A stretch of DNA of 64,000 bases from Candidatus Magasanikiibacteriota bacterium (GTDB lineage Bacteria > Patescibacteriota > Patescibacteriia > Magasanikbacterales > UBA922): NCBI GenBank assembly GCA_052034405.1, contig JBPOIO010000004.1, positions 64,751 through 128,750 on the forward strand, written 5' to 3'. The position numbers and the translations under genes are program-made. The notes beneath the pieces were generated by a model that searched no databases, was not told the origin of the DNA, and saw nothing but the letters and a program-made list of their open reading frames with translations. Positions 29,232 through 38,378 of this stretch are shown in pieces. Position 1 is the stretch's first letter, and every line of letters starts with the position of its first letter.

Positions 29232-29816
29232 TTATTCTGCTTTTTTAGTTTCTTTTTTTGTTGCAACTTTCTTTACTGTTTTTGCAGTTTCAGAAGCAAC
29301 TTTTGGAGCTTCACTTTTTGAAGCAGGTGCACGATGTCCCTCTTTTTTAAAGAGTTCCAAAGCTTTAAAGGTCGCTTTTACATTTGTTACTTTGTTATTT
29401 GTTTTACTGAGTGTTTTTGCAGAAGCATTTGGAACACCAGCCATTTCAAGAACGATACGAGTAGCACCACCAGCGATAATACCAGATCCGATAGGAGCAG
29501 GTTTAAGCATGATGTGAGCTGCTTTAAATTTGGCTTCTACACGATGTGGGATAGTTTGTTTTTTCAAAGGAACACGAATAATGCATTTTTTTGCTTGATT
29601 TACTGCTTTTTCTACAGCAATTTGTACATCTTTTCCTTTGTCAACACCATAACCAACGCGACTATTACGATCACCGATAAGAACAGTGGCACGAAAACTC
29701 ATTTGTTTTCCACCTTTGGTCACACGAGTTACGCGAGCCAAATCCAAAATATGCTGGTCAAATTCAGGTTTTTCTTTTTTTTCTCCTCTAAATTTTCCTT
29801 TTCCTTGCTGTACCAT
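29232..29816 (-). CDS. rpsE: 30S ribosomal protein S5 (with a Lys/Ala-rich C-terminal extension)
   Basis: The S5 dsRBD and C-domain read VTRVTKGGKQMSFRATVLIGD...GSGIIAGGATRIVLEMAGV. It is directly followed by rplO with a 10-nt gap, and no L30 gene intervenes. Confidence 0.9.
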   Translation of the reverse strand: MVQQGKGKFRGEKKEKPEFDQHILDLARVTRVTKGGKQMSFRATVLIGDRNSRVGYGVDKGKDVQIAVEKAVNQAKKCIIRVPLKKQTIPHRVEAKFKAAHIMLKPAPIGSGIIAGGATRIVLEMAGVPNASAKTLSKTNNKVTNVKATFKALELFKKEGHRAPASKSEAPKVASETAKTVKKVATKKETKKAE

Positions 29817-29846
29817 ATTGAAATAATTTTAGAATCTATTTTTATT

Positions 29847-30170
29847 TTAGAATTCAAGTCCACCTTCACGAGCACCATCAGCAACTGCTTTTACTCGACC
29901 ATGGTAGGCATATCCAGCGCGGTCAAAAACTACTTTCTTGATTCCAAGAGCAATAGCTTTTGCAGCAATCTGTTTTCCAAGTTCTTGTGGTTCATCATGT
30001 TTCATTCCAACAAGTGTTGTACCTTTTGTATCATCAATAATCTGAACGTACAAAGATTTCAGAGATCTGAAAACAGACAAACGTGGACGTTCTGTTGTAC
30101 CAAGTACACGAGAGCGAACACGAGCTTTGCGGCGATTTCTCTTTTGAATTCGAGTCGTAAGTTTTTTCAT
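29847..30170 (-). CDS. rplR: 50S ribosomal protein L18
   Basis: The product matches [20 protein letters not shown]...[26 protein letters not shown]. Confidence 0.9.
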   Translation of the reverse strand: MKKLTTRIQKRNRRKARVRSRVLGTTERPRLSVFRSLKSLYVQIIDDTKGTTLVGMKHDEPQELGKQIAAKAIALGIKKVVFDRAGYAYHGRVKAVADGAREGGLEF

Positions 30171-30197
30171 ATATTTTTGATACAGGTCTATTTATTT

Positions 30198-30737
30198 TTA
30201 AGATTTAGCAGTTTTTCCTGCTTTACGACGGATCACTTCATCCATATACTTGATACCTTTTCCTTTATATGGTTCTGGTTTACGAATCTGACGAATTTCG
30301 GCAGCAATCGCACCAAGAAGTTCTACATCAAATGATTCCAAAGTAATAACATTTTTTTCTACAGAAACAGTCAAATGTTCAGGGATTTTGAAAATCACAG
30401 GATGAGAAAAGCCAACATCAAGTCGCAAATCTTTTCCTTGCATAGCAACTTTATATCCAACTCCGTTTACTTCAAGTTGTTTTTTGAAACCAGTGGTAAC
30501 ACCATTGACCATATTTTGAATATGAGCACTGTATGTTCCCCAAAGTGAACGTTCTTTCTTTTCTTCTTTATTGACAACATCAACAGTAATAGCATTGTCA
30601 GCCATCGTCAAGTGAACGATTGCAGGAACAGCGCGTTTGAGTTCCCCTTTTGGTCCTTTTACAGTAACCAAATCAGGTTTCAAATCGACTGTAACTCCCG
30701 CAGGAATGGTAATAACTTGTTTTCCAATACGTGACAT
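30198..30737 (-). CDS. rplF: 50S ribosomal protein L6
   Basis: The product starts MSRIGKQVITIPAGVTV...VKGPKGEL and carries two L6 repeats. It is 179 aa. Confidence 0.9.
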   Translation of the reverse strand: MSRIGKQVITIPAGVTVDLKPDLVTVKGPKGELKRAVPAIVHLTMADNAITVDVVNKEEKKERSLWGTYSAHIQNMVNGVTTGFKKQLEVNGVGYKVAMQGKDLRLDVGFSHPVIFKIPEHLTVSVEKNVITLESFDVELLGAIAAEIRQIRKPEPYKGKGIKYMDEVIRRKAGKTAKS

Positions 30738-30742
30738 ATAAT

Positions 30743-31132
30743 TTAGAAAATACTACAAATAATTTCTCCACCAATTCCTTTTTGTCGAGCTTCTTTGTTT
30801 GTCATAAGACCAACAGAAGTTGAAACGATAGCAATACCGTAGTCATTGAGAACACGAGGTAAATCTTCTGCTTTCACATACATTCGGTGTCCTGGCTTAC
30901 TTTCACGTTTGATAGATGAAATAGCAGGAGTTCTGCCATCATACTTGAGGGTGATGCGCAGTGCTGGACGTTCAGCGTCAGTTTTTTCTACACTCAAAAG
31001 ATAGCCTTGGTTTTGCAAGATTTGGGCAATGTTTTCTTTGAGCTTAGAAAATGTCACTTCAATAACGCGTTTGTGTGCACGTTGTGCATTGCGAATTGAT
31101 GTGAGCATGTCAGCAATAGGATCAGTCATCAT
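30743..31132 (-). CDS. rpsH: 30S ribosomal protein S8
   Basis: The product starts MMTDPIADMLTSIRNAQRA and is 129 aa. Confidence 0.9.
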   Translation of the reverse strand: MMTDPIADMLTSIRNAQRAHKRVIEVTFSKLKENIAQILQNQGYLLSVEKTDAERPALRITLKYDGRTPAISSIKRESKPGHRMYVKAEDLPRVLNDYGIAIVSTSVGLMTNKEARQKGIGGEIICSIF

Positions 31133-31175
31133 ACGTTATGTGTATATAGTATAAATATACTCTTTATATTAAAAT

Positions 31176-31361
31176 TTACCAACTTGACTTACGAACTCCA
31201 GGCAATTTGCCTTCATTGGCAAGTTCTCGGAAACAGATACGGCAGAGCTTGAACATTCTCATATACCCGCGAACACGTCCACATTTCCAACATCTTCGTA
31301 CAATACGAGTTGGGAATTTTGGAGTTTTTTTGGATCTTGCGATTTGTGCTTGTGTAGCCAT
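31176..31361 (-). CDS. rpsZ: 30S ribosomal protein S14, zinc-binding type Z
   Basis: The 61-aa product carries the zinc ribbon CWKCGR...CRICFR. Confidence 0.9.
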   Translation of the reverse strand: MATQAQIARSKKTPKFPTRIVRRCWKCGRVRGYMRMFKLCRICFRELANEGKLPGVRKSSW

Positions 31362-31374
31362 AAATGTTTATAAA

Positions 31375-31926
31375 TTATTTTGCATCTCTAAATGGAAAAC
31401 CGAGTTTCGACAAAAGGAGTTGACCTTCTTTTGGATTCTTTGCAGAAGTCGAAATAACAACTTGGAGTCCATGAATTTTATCAATTGCATCAATACCGAT
31501 TTCTGGGAATGCAATGTTTTCTTTAAAACCAATTGAATAATTTCCTTGTCTATCAAAATTTTTCACAGAAACTCCACGAAAATCACGAACACGAGGAAAA
31601 GTAATGTGAATCAATTTATATAAAAAGTTATACATTGATGGTCCTCGAAGTGTTACTGACATACCAATTTCCATTCCTTCACGAATTTTGAAGTTAGAAA
31701 TTGATTTGGTTGTTTTATTTCGAACTGGCTTTTGTACAGTATTCTAAGTAACAGTATTTGCAACATTTTCAATATAAGCGTTGTCTTTGACATGACGCCC
31801 ATACCCAACGTTGACCACAATTTTTTTGAGGGCAGGAACTTGCATGATATTAGTATATCCAAGCTCGCTCTTCAAATCTTTTTGGATTTTTTTGTATTGT
31901 TCGTACAGTGGAGACATATATAACAT
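31375..31926 (-). CDS. rplE: 50S ribosomal protein L5, reading frame interrupted by an in-frame TAG at 31744..31746
   Basis: The track ORFs 31744..31926 (L5 N-terminal, ...GYTNIMQVPALKKIVVNVGYG...ENVANTVT*) and 31375..31674 (L5 C-terminal, MEIGMSVTLRG...FPRVRDFRGVS...GNYSIGFKE) share a frame, since 31926-31674=252. The connecting segment reads NTVQKPVRNKTTKSISNFKIREG, which matches E. coli [23 protein letters not shown]. An 8-nt direct repeat AATACTGT flanks the stop, consistent with a 15-nt in-frame insertion. Confidence 0.85.
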
Positions 31927-32243
31927 TAAATCATTTCACCGCTTTTTTTAGCAATGCGTTTTTTAGTTTCACCATCTTTGGTATATCCAATACGAGTTGG
32001 TTTTTTCGTACTTGGATCAATCACCATCACTTTTGAAGCGTGGAGTGGCGCAGCAAGTTCTAGAATCTGACCTTTTTCTCCAGCTTTACGGGTACGAAGG
32101 TGTTTTTTTCGCATATTTGCACCTTCAACAACAACGAAAAATTGTCCCGTAGATTTTTTCTTCAGTACTTGAATTACTTTTCCGGTCTTTCCTTTTTCAC
32201 GACCAGAGATAATTTTTACATTGTCATTGTTTTTGATTTTCAT
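31926..32243 (-). CDS. rplX: 50S ribosomal protein L24
   Basis: The KOW motif reads KIKNNDNVKIISGREKGKTGKV. Its TAA stop overlaps the rplE ATG in a TAATG arrangement. Confidence 0.9.
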   Translation of the reverse strand: MKIKNNDNVKIISGREKGKTGKVIQVLKKKSTGQFFVVVEGANMRKKHLRTRKAGEKGQILELAAPLHASKVMVIDPSTKKPTRIGYTKDGETKKRIAKKSGEMI

Positions 32244-32265
32244 ACGTGTAGTGAATTGCTAATGT

Positions 32266-32637
32266 TTATACAACCTCAGGAGACAGAGAAATAATCTTTT
32301 GGTATCCTTTTGTACGAAGCTCACGAGCAATCGGCCCAAAGATACGAGTTCCTTTTGGTTCATTGTTTTTCATGTCAATAATCACCGCAGCGTTTTCACT
32401 AAAACGGATATAGGTTCCGTCTTTGCGGCGAACTTCTTTTTTACTTCGAACAAGAACAGCGTGTACCACTTCACCTTTTTTGACCATACCACGAGGCACT
32501 GCTTCTTTCACAGAGCAAGTCACAATATCGCCAATACGAGCATAGCGTTTTTGATAACCACCAAGCACGCGAATACACATAAGTTTTTTGGCACCGGTAT
32601 TGTCGGCTACCGCGATCATTGATCTATGTTGAATCAT
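32266..32637 (-). CDS. rplN: 50S ribosomal protein L14
   Basis: The product starts [27 protein letters not shown] and is 123 aa. Confidence 0.92.
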   Translation of the reverse strand: MIQHRSMIAVADNTGAKKLMCIRVLGGYQKRYARIGDIVTCSVKEAVPRGMVKKGEVVHAVLVRSKKEVRRKDGTYIRFSENAAVIIDMKNNEPKGTRIFGPIARELRTKGYQKIISLSPEVV

Positions 32638-32642
32638 ATAAT

Positions 32643-32918
32643 TTATTTCTTATTTACCAAAAACCAACGTTTTCGAGTTGAAAGTGGTCGGCATTCTTCA
32701 ATCGTTACCACATCCCCTACTTTTGCAATACCTTGTTCATCATGAACTGCAAAATTTCGGCGTTGTTTGTATTGTTTATTATATTTTGCTTGTACTTTGA
32801 TACTTTCAACACACACTTTCACAGTTTTGATTCCAGAAACAGAAACCACAACACCTTCAAACTGGCGCTTGCGCACTTCAGGGACTTTCGTTTCTTTTTT
32901 TACAGTCTTTTTTTCCAT
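32643..32918 (-). CDS. rpsQ: 30S ribosomal protein S17
   Basis: The product shows [23 protein letters not shown]...[22 protein letters not shown]. Confidence 0.9.
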   Translation of the reverse strand: MEKKTVKKETKVPEVRKRQFEGVVVSVSGIKTVKVCVESIKVQAKYNKQYKQRRNFAVHDEQGIAKVGDVVTIEECRPLSTRKRWFLVNKK

Positions 32919-32929
32919 ATTTGAAATAA

Positions 32930-33124
32930 TTATGATTGTTTCTTGAGTTTTGTAAGTGCAGTTGCAATTTGAGCAATCTCTTCACGAACAGGTCGAATTG
33001 CTTTGACATTTTTGAGCTGACCTTCCAAAATTTTGAAACGAAGCTCACGAAGCAATGCTCGTTTTTCACTAAGCAATGTTGTCAAAGTTTCTGCATCTTT
33101 TTGTAACAATTCATTAAAATCCAT
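32930..33124 (-). CDS. rpmC: 50S ribosomal protein L29
   Basis: The 64-aa helical protein lies in the conserved position between rplP and rpsQ and reads ...LREL...LKKQS. Confidence 0.85.
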   Translation of the reverse strand: MDFNELLQKDAETLTTLLSEKRALLRELRFKILEGQLKNVKAIRPVREEIAQIATALTKLKKQS

Positions 33125-33133
33125 AAGGCTTTT

Positions 33134-33547
33134 TTATATTTTCTGTGAAAATTTCCCTTTCAAAGGTAATTTGTGTGAAGCAAATACCAAGGCTTCTTTT
33201 GCTTTTTCTTCTGTGATACCAGTCATTTCAAACAAAACAGTTCCAGGTTTGACAGTACAAACATAATGATCTGGAGAACCTTTTCCTCCACCCATCGGAA
33301 TTCCGGCACCTTTTGAAGTTACAGGACGATCAGGGAAGATACGAATCCACAATTTTCCACCACGTTTGATATAACGGGTCAACACGCGACGAGCTGCTTC
33401 AATTTGACGTGAAGTCACCCATGCATGACTTGTAGAAGTAAGACCAAACTGACCAAACGCAATAGTATTTGTGCGTGAAGCAACACCTTTATTACGTCGG
33501 CGTGGTTTGTGCCATTTTCTATGTTTTACTTTTTTTGGTATCAACAT
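33134..33547 (-). CDS. rplP: 50S ribosomal protein L16
   Basis: The product starts [36 protein letters not shown] and is 137 aa. Confidence 0.92.
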   Translation of the reverse strand: MLIPKKVKHRKWHKPRRRNKGVASRTNTIAFGQFGLTSTSHAWVTSRQIEAARRVLTRYIKRGGKLWIRIFPDRPVTSKGAGIPMGGGKGSPDHYVCTVKPGTVLFEMTGITEEKAKEALVFASHKLPLKGKFSQKI

Positions 33548-33556
33548 ACAGTAATC

Positions 33557-34255
33557 TTATTTTTTATTTTGTTGTACTTTTTTTTCTTCTGGTTCACTTG
33601 CATGAGCAAAAGCGTCTTTTCTTCCAAATACCAAACCACGATAGATCCAAACTTTGACACCGATTTTACCATACATTGTTTGTGCTGGTACGGCAGCGTA
33701 GTCTACATCTGAACGAAGTGTGATCAATGGAATTTTTCCTTTTGCTAATGTTTCTGTACGAGCAATTTCTACACCATTCAAACGGCCAGACATACGGATT
33801 TTGATTCCTTGTGCACCAGCTTTCATCACACGTTCAATAGTTTGTTTCATTGCACGGCGGAATGGAATACGTTTTTCTGTATCAGCAACAATAGATTGAG
33901 CTACTACATGAGCAGACAATGCAGGTGATTTCAATTCTTGAACATTGAGTTTGATCTTTCCTTTCATTTTAAGAACAGATCGTTCCAAATGTTTTCGAAC
34001 TTCATTCAAGCCTTCGCCACTGCGTCCGATAATAAAACCAGGTTTTGCTGCCAAAATTGTAATATTTACACTTTTTTGATCTCGTTCAATACTCATTGAA
34101 TCAATACCCGCATCTTTGAATTTTTTCAAAAGGTATTCACGGATTTTGATATCTTGCTCAGCCAAAAGAGCATAGTCGTTTTTACTAAACCAGCGAGAGT
34201 CCCAAGTATAAATAACTTGTGTTCGATGAATTTTCGGATGGACTTTATGACCCAT
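33557..34255 (-). CDS. rpsC: 30S ribosomal protein S3
   Basis: The KH and S3-C domains are present (MGHKVHPKIHRTQVIYTWDSRWF...). The product is 232 aa. Confidence 0.92.
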   Translation of the reverse strand: MGHKVHPKIHRTQVIYTWDSRWFSKNDYALLAEQDIKIREYLLKKFKDAGIDSMSIERDQKSVNITILAAKPGFIIGRSGEGLNEVRKHLERSVLKMKGKIKLNVQELKSPALSAHVVAQSIVADTEKRIPFRRAMKQTIERVMKAGAQGIKIRMSGRLNGVEIARTETLAKGKIPLITLRSDVDYAAVPAQTMYGKIGVKVWIYRGLVFGRKDAFAHASEPEEKKVQQNKK

Positions 34256-34265
34256 AGTCGTAATG

Positions 34266-34646
34266 TTATTTAGCTGTTTTTTTGCTTACTTTTTTAGTTT
34301 CTTCAAGCACGTCGCCTTCGATAACCAAAGTGATATGACTTGTACGTTTGCGAATCGGAGTTGCACGTCCTTGTGCACGAGGCATTGATCGATACAGAAT
34401 AGGGCCTCCATCAACAGTAGCAGTTTTGATAATCAATGTTTCTGGATTAATACTTGCATTATGCTCAGCATTTGCTACGGCAGAAGCAAGAAGCTTGTGC
34501 ACGGGTAAAGAAGCATGTCGTTTTGAAAATTGCAACTGGAGCAATGCCTCATCAACTTTCATACCGCGAATCATATCAATCACAAGTCTGGCTTTTCGTG
34601 GAGCCATGCGCAAGTATCGTAATTTTGCTGTAGCAGTTTTTTTCAT
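34266..34646 (-). CDS. rplV: 50S ribosomal protein L22
   Basis: The product shows AKLRYLRMAPRKARLVIDMIRGMKVDEAL and is 126 aa. Confidence 0.9.
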   Translation of the reverse strand: MKKTATAKLRYLRMAPRKARLVIDMIRGMKVDEALLQLQFSKRHASLPVHKLLASAVANAEHNASINPETLIIKTATVDGGPILYRSMPRAQGRATPIRKRTSHITLVIEGDVLEETKKVSKKTAK

Positions 34647-34670
34647 AAAATATTGAAAACGTTACGTGTA

Positions 34671-34964
34671 TTATTTCTTAGCGTCTTTTCCTTGATCTTT
34701 TGCCATTTTTCCACCATGATGAAGGAATTTACGAGTTGGAGAAAATTCTCCAAGCTTGTGTCCTACCATGTTTTCATCAACAAATACATCCAAAAAGTTT
34801 TTGCCATTATGAACAGCAAATGTCATTCCAACCATCTCAGGAGTAATAGTACTTGCGCGAGCCCATGTTTTGATAGTTTTTTTATCATTTGCGGCTTTTG
34901 CTTTTGCTACTTTCTCTTGGAGCTTTTCATCGATGTATGGCCCTTTTTTCAAACTTCTTGACAT
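34671..34964 (-). CDS. rpsS: 30S ribosomal protein S19
   Basis: The product shows [12 protein letters not shown]...[37 protein letters not shown]. Confidence 0.92.
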   Translation of the reverse strand: MSRSLKKGPYIDEKLQEKVAKAKAANDKKTIKTWARASTITPEMVGMTFAVHNGKNFLDVFVDENMVGHKLGEFSPTRKFLHHGGKMAKDQGKDAKK

Positions 34965-34974
34965 ATAGAATTAT

Positions 34975-35817
34975 TTATTTCTTTCCTTTACGGCGTGACA
35001 CAATAAATGCATCACTCCACTTTCCACGTTTACGAGTTTTGATACCCATAGCTTTTTTACCCCATGGTGTTTTTGGACCTCCACGCAAACCGATTGGACT
35101 ATGTCCTTCTCCACCTCCATGTGGATGGTCTACTGGGTTCATGTTCTTTCCACCAACACGAGGTTTGATACCACGGTGACGCATACGTCCAGCTTTTCCA
35201 TATCGTACCAGTCCGTAATCAGCATTTCCAAGAGTTCCAATAGTAGCAGATGCGTTTTTCTTTACCAAGCGAACTTCTCCAGATGGCATTTTGAGCTGTG
35301 CATATTCACCCTCAATAACCTGAAGCTGTGCAGAATTTCCAGCACCACGAACCATTTGACCACCTTGTCCAGCAACCAATTCTACGTTGTGTACAAAAAG
35401 ACCAACTGGAATATTTTCAAGAGGCATACGAGTTCCAGGAGCTGGATCGATTTTTTTCTGAGAAGAAATAACCGTATCCCCTACTTTTACGCCATTGAAT
35501 CCAAGAATATATGATTTTACTCCATCCGCATATTCCACAAGACAAATTCGGCATCCACGATTTGGATCGTATTCAATCGTTTTTACTGTTGCTGGAATAT
35601 CAAATTTATTTTGAAGAAAATCAACTTTGCGGTACATCTGTTTTGCTCCACCACCATGGTGACGAACCGTGATAATACCCATGTTATTGCGTCCACTGTG
35701 TTTTTTTCGTGGTTCAATAAGAGATTTTTCTGGTTTGAAACTAGTAATATCAGAAAAATCCTGCACACTTGATTTGCGGCGTCCGGCACTGGTTGGTTTG
35801 TGATGTTTAATTGCCAT
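34975..35817 (-). CDS. rplB: 50S ribosomal protein L2
   Basis: The product shows the GRNNMGIITVRHHGGG and VDHPHGGGEG signatures and is 280 aa. Confidence 0.95.
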   Translation of the reverse strand: MAIKHHKPTSAGRRKSSVQDFSDITSFKPEKSLIEPRKKHSGRNNMGIITVRHHGGGAKQMYRKVDFLQNKFDIPATVKTIEYDPNRGCRICLVEYADGVKSYILGFNGVKVGDTVISSQKKIDPAPGTRMPLENIPVGLFVHNVELVAGQGGQMVRGAGNSAQLQVIEGEYAQLKMPSGEVRLVKKNASATIGTLGNADYGLVRYGKAGRMRHRGIKPRVGGKNMNPVDHPHGGGEGHSPIGLRGGPKTPWGKKAMGIKTRKRGKWSDAFIVSRRKGKK

Positions 35818-35847
35818 ATAAAGTTAGTTTCTTATTTTCAGTATCAC

Positions 35848-36285
35848 TTATACTCCTTCGTGAATTGCGAGTCTTTGTTCTTTGCTTACTTTTACAATTG
35901 CTTTTTTATAATCATTTCTTCGTCCAAGGCGACGTCCAAAATGTGTTTCTTTTCCTTGAACATGAATGGTTCGAACCTTCAAAGGTCGTACTCCATATAC
36001 TTCTTCAATAGCTTTTGCAATTTCAATCTTATTTGCATTTTTATCTACCAAGAAAGTATAACTATGCAAAGTTTCTGTTAACGTTGATTTTTCACTTACA
36101 ATAGGAGCAAGAAGTACGCGATGAGCATTACCATGCAAACTTACTTTTCCATGTGCAGATACTGTTTCAGTTTTTTTTGCTTTTGCTTTTTTTGGTTTTT
36201 CAGCAGAAACAGCAGACGCTTCAACAGAGGCTACTTCAGTAGCTTTTTTTGGAGTTCTTTTTTTAATAGTTTCGATAATACCCAT
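35848..36285 (-). CDS. rplW: 50S ribosomal protein L23 with a Lys/Ala-rich N-terminal extension
   Basis: The C-terminal L23 domain reads YTFLVDKNANKIEIAKAIEEVYGVRPLKVRTIHVQGKE. It lies in the conserved position between rplD and rplB. Confidence 0.85.
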   Translation of the reverse strand: MGIIETIKKRTPKKATEVASVEASAVSAEKPKKAKAKKTETVSAHGKVSLHGNAHRVLLAPIVSEKSTLTETLHSYTFLVDKNANKIEIAKAIEEVYGVRPLKVRTIHVQGKETHFGRRLGRRNDYKKAIVKVSKEQRLAIHEGV

Positions 36286-36318
36286 ATTTCAAAATTTATA
36301 CACTGTATAAGTGTGCCA

Positions 36319-36945
36319 TTAGGACAATCTTTTCTCTAAAATACGAACAGATTCAACACTTGCAATAATATATTTGTGATGGAGAAGATCCATAACATTT
36401 ACATCAACTGCTTGTTTGAATTCACAATTTGGCAAGTTCTTCAATGGTTGAATCAAATCTGCATTCATTGAAGGGAGCAAAAACAAAGTTGTTTTTCCTG
36501 AACCAGGAAGTGCTTTTCGTAAAGCTGCCATTTCTTTTGTTTTTCCTTTTGTAATAAAATCTTCAAGTACCAAAAATTCTTCGCCTTTTACTTTTTCAGA
36601 CAGAGTCATCATCACAGCACTTCGACTCATTTTTTTGTTGATTTTTTGTTTATAAGTACGAACACTCAAAGGACCAAAAGTGACACCTCCACCTTTCCAA
36701 ATTGGAGAGCGGATAGAACCATGACGAGCACGTCCAGTTCCTTTTTGTTTCCAAGGTTTTTTACCACCTCCACGAACTTCACCTTTGTCTTTGGTATCAG
36801 CCCAAGGACTGCGAAGATTCGCGCGAATAGCTTGGTATACTTGGTGTACCAAACTTGTTTGTACAGGAACAGCGAAAACAGCTTCGTTCAATTCCAAAGT
36901 ACTCGCTGATTTTCCTTCTTTGTTGTAAACTTTTACTTGTGTCAT
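36319..36945 (-). CDS. rplD: 50S ribosomal protein L4
   Basis: The product shows RGGGKKPWKQKGTGRARHGSIRSPIWKGGGVTFGP and is 208 aa. Confidence 0.9.
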   Translation of the reverse strand: MTQVKVYNKEGKSASTLELNEAVFAVPVQTSLVHQVYQAIRANLRSPWADTKDKGEVRGGGKKPWKQKGTGRARHGSIRSPIWKGGGVTFGPLSVRTYKQKINKKMSRSAVMMTLSEKVKGEEFLVLEDFITKGKTKEMAALRKALPGSGKTTLFLLPSMNADLIQPLKNLPNCEFKQAVDVNVMDLLHHKYIIASVESVRILEKRLS

Positions 36946-36949
36946 AAAA

Positions 36950-37681
36950 TTATTGTGCTACTTCTTCAGCCACAGGAGCGGCTTCAGGCGCAGTTTGAGC
37001 GGCGACCTCTTCAATAAGAGCTTGATTCATTTTTTCTACTTCGATATTTCCATTTTCTGTAGAAATAAAGACAAGTGAGCCAAATGCACCTGGCAAAGCT
37101 CCTTTGATCAACATTTCGTTTGTTTCTGGATGTACTTCAACAACTTCCAAATTCTTTACCGTAATCTGAGCATCACCCATGTGACCTGCCATACGCATAC
37201 CTTTGAATACACGCTGAACACCACCTGCACCAATACTTCCTGGAGCACGCAAGTCGTGTTTGTGTCCGTGACTTGTAGAACCTCCACGGAATCCATGACG
37301 TTTTACAACACCTTGAAAACCTTTTCCTTTTGAAGTTCCAATAACTTTTACCTTTTCTCCTGGAGTAAAGGTAGTAACCGTGAATCTATCTCCACGATTC
37401 AAAGCCTGATCACTTTCTGTTTCGCGCAAATAACGAACAGTCACACCATTTTCGTGGTTGATGTCTTTCAAGTGCCCGAGTTCCGCTTTATTCAAGCGAA
37501 AGGTCTTTTGCATGCCAAATCCAATCTGAATTTTGGCAGTGCCATTTTCTTGTCTTACTTGAGTGACAAAGCATGGACCGGCTTGTACACGAGTTACAGG
37601 AACAACTGTACCATCTTCGCGGAATACCTGTGTCATGCTAAGTTTTTTCCCTAAAATGCATTTCATATAATGTGTGCGCAA
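36950..37681 (-). CDS. rplC: 50S ribosomal protein L3 (with a C-terminal Ala/Glu-rich extension)
   Basis: The product shows GKGFQGVVKRHGFRGGSTSHGHKHDLRAPGSIGA. The true start is probably the internal ATG (MKCILGKKLSMTQVF). Confidence 0.9.
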   Translation of the reverse strand: MRTHYMKCILGKKLSMTQVFREDGTVVPVTRVQAGPCFVTQVRQENGTAKIQIGFGMQKTFRLNKAELGHLKDINHENGVTVRYLRETESDQALNRGDRFTVTTFTPGEKVKVIGTSKGKGFQGVVKRHGFRGGSTSHGHKHDLRAPGSIGAGGVQRVFKGMRMAGHMGDAQITVKNLEVVEVHPETNEMLIKGALPGAFGSLVFISTENGNIEVEKMNQALIEEVAAQTAPEAAPVAEEVAQ

Positions 37682-37690
37682 TTCAATGGT

Positions 37691-37737
37691 AACAAAAAAC
37701 TAGAAGTAGCATCTTACCAATAGGGTACTACTTCTAG
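37691..37737 (-). terminator. Terminator/attenuator-like hairpin (ctagaagtag - 18-nt loop - ctacttctag, 10-bp perfect stem) plus U-run, about 10 nt upstream of rplC
   Basis: It lies inside an unusually long (about 280 nt) rpsJ-rplC spacer. On the minus-strand RNA the hairpin is followed by uuuuuuguu. Confidence 0.5.
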
Positions 37738-37880
37738 CCTTTTATAAGTACAAAAACAGTTGTGGAAGGCTTTTTTAAATTTGTAAGTTCCTCACTGAAA
37801 ATCCTTGATTGGAGCAGATGTTTTCGTCCCAATAATGGGAGATCTTATCTGTATATCTTAGATTTTGTAAACGTGGGCCT

Positions 37881-37909
37881 ATTTTATACTATTTTTAGAC
37901 CCCTGTCAA
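37881..37909 (-). promoter_or_regulatory. Consensus sigma-70 promoter TTGACA-N17-TAAAAT inside the rpsJ-rplC spacer, reading toward rplC
   Basis: On the minus strand the -35 TTGACA (plus 37904-37909) and the -10 TAAAAT (plus 37881-37886) are separated by exactly 17 nt. Confidence 0.5.
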
Positions 37910-37962
37910 GGGTTTTTCTTGACTTCTTTTTTCCCGGAAATCTTGGCTTATTTTAGCCAAGA

Positions 37963-38313
37963 TTATAACATTTTGATTTCGATGTCCACACCACTTGGCA
38001 AGTGGATGTTCATAAGTGCATCCATTGCTTTTGGATTTAGCTGTGTAATATCGATAATACGTTTGTGGATACGCATTTCGTATTGTTCTTCAGATGTATT
38101 ATGGACAAAAGTTGAACGGTTCACACTAAATTTTTTCTTTTCAGTTGGAAGAGGTACTGGACCAACAACTTTTGCGTTGTTTCGTTCAGCTGTATCCAAA
38201 ATAATTTTTGTAGCCTCATCGATAATTTTGTTATCGTAAGAAAAAATCTTAATGCGCACACGTGGTTCGGTGCTTGTTTGTTTTTCGTCTTTTTTCAATG
38301 CAACTTGTGCCAT
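37963..38313 (-). CDS. rpsJ: 30S ribosomal protein S10
   Basis: The product reads RIKIFSYDNKIIDEATKIILDTAERNNAKVVGPVPLPTEKKKFSVNRSTFVHNTSEEQYEMRIHKRIIDI. The likely start is the MAQVAL methionine, internal to the track ORF. Confidence 0.9.
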   Translation of the reverse strand: MAQVALKKDEKQTSTEPRVRIKIFSYDNKIIDEATKIILDTAERNNAKVVGPVPLPTEKKKFSVNRSTFVHNTSEEQYEMRIHKRIIDITQLNPKAMDALMNIHLPSGVDIEIKML

Positions 38314-38340
38314 AGGAATATAAATAATGAACAAAACCAG

Positions 38341-38368
38341 CGAGGCGGGAGTAATAACTCCCGCCTCG
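38341..38368 (-). other. 11-bp perfect hairpin (cgaggcgggag-taataa-ctcccgcctcg) between the tuf stop and the rpsJ start
   Basis: It is followed by a moderately U-rich tract (cugguuuuguu) about 25 nt before the rpsJ ATG. It is probably a partial terminator that sets the tuf versus ribosomal-protein stoichiometry. Confidence 0.45.
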
Positions 38369-38378
38369 ACAGATTGTC

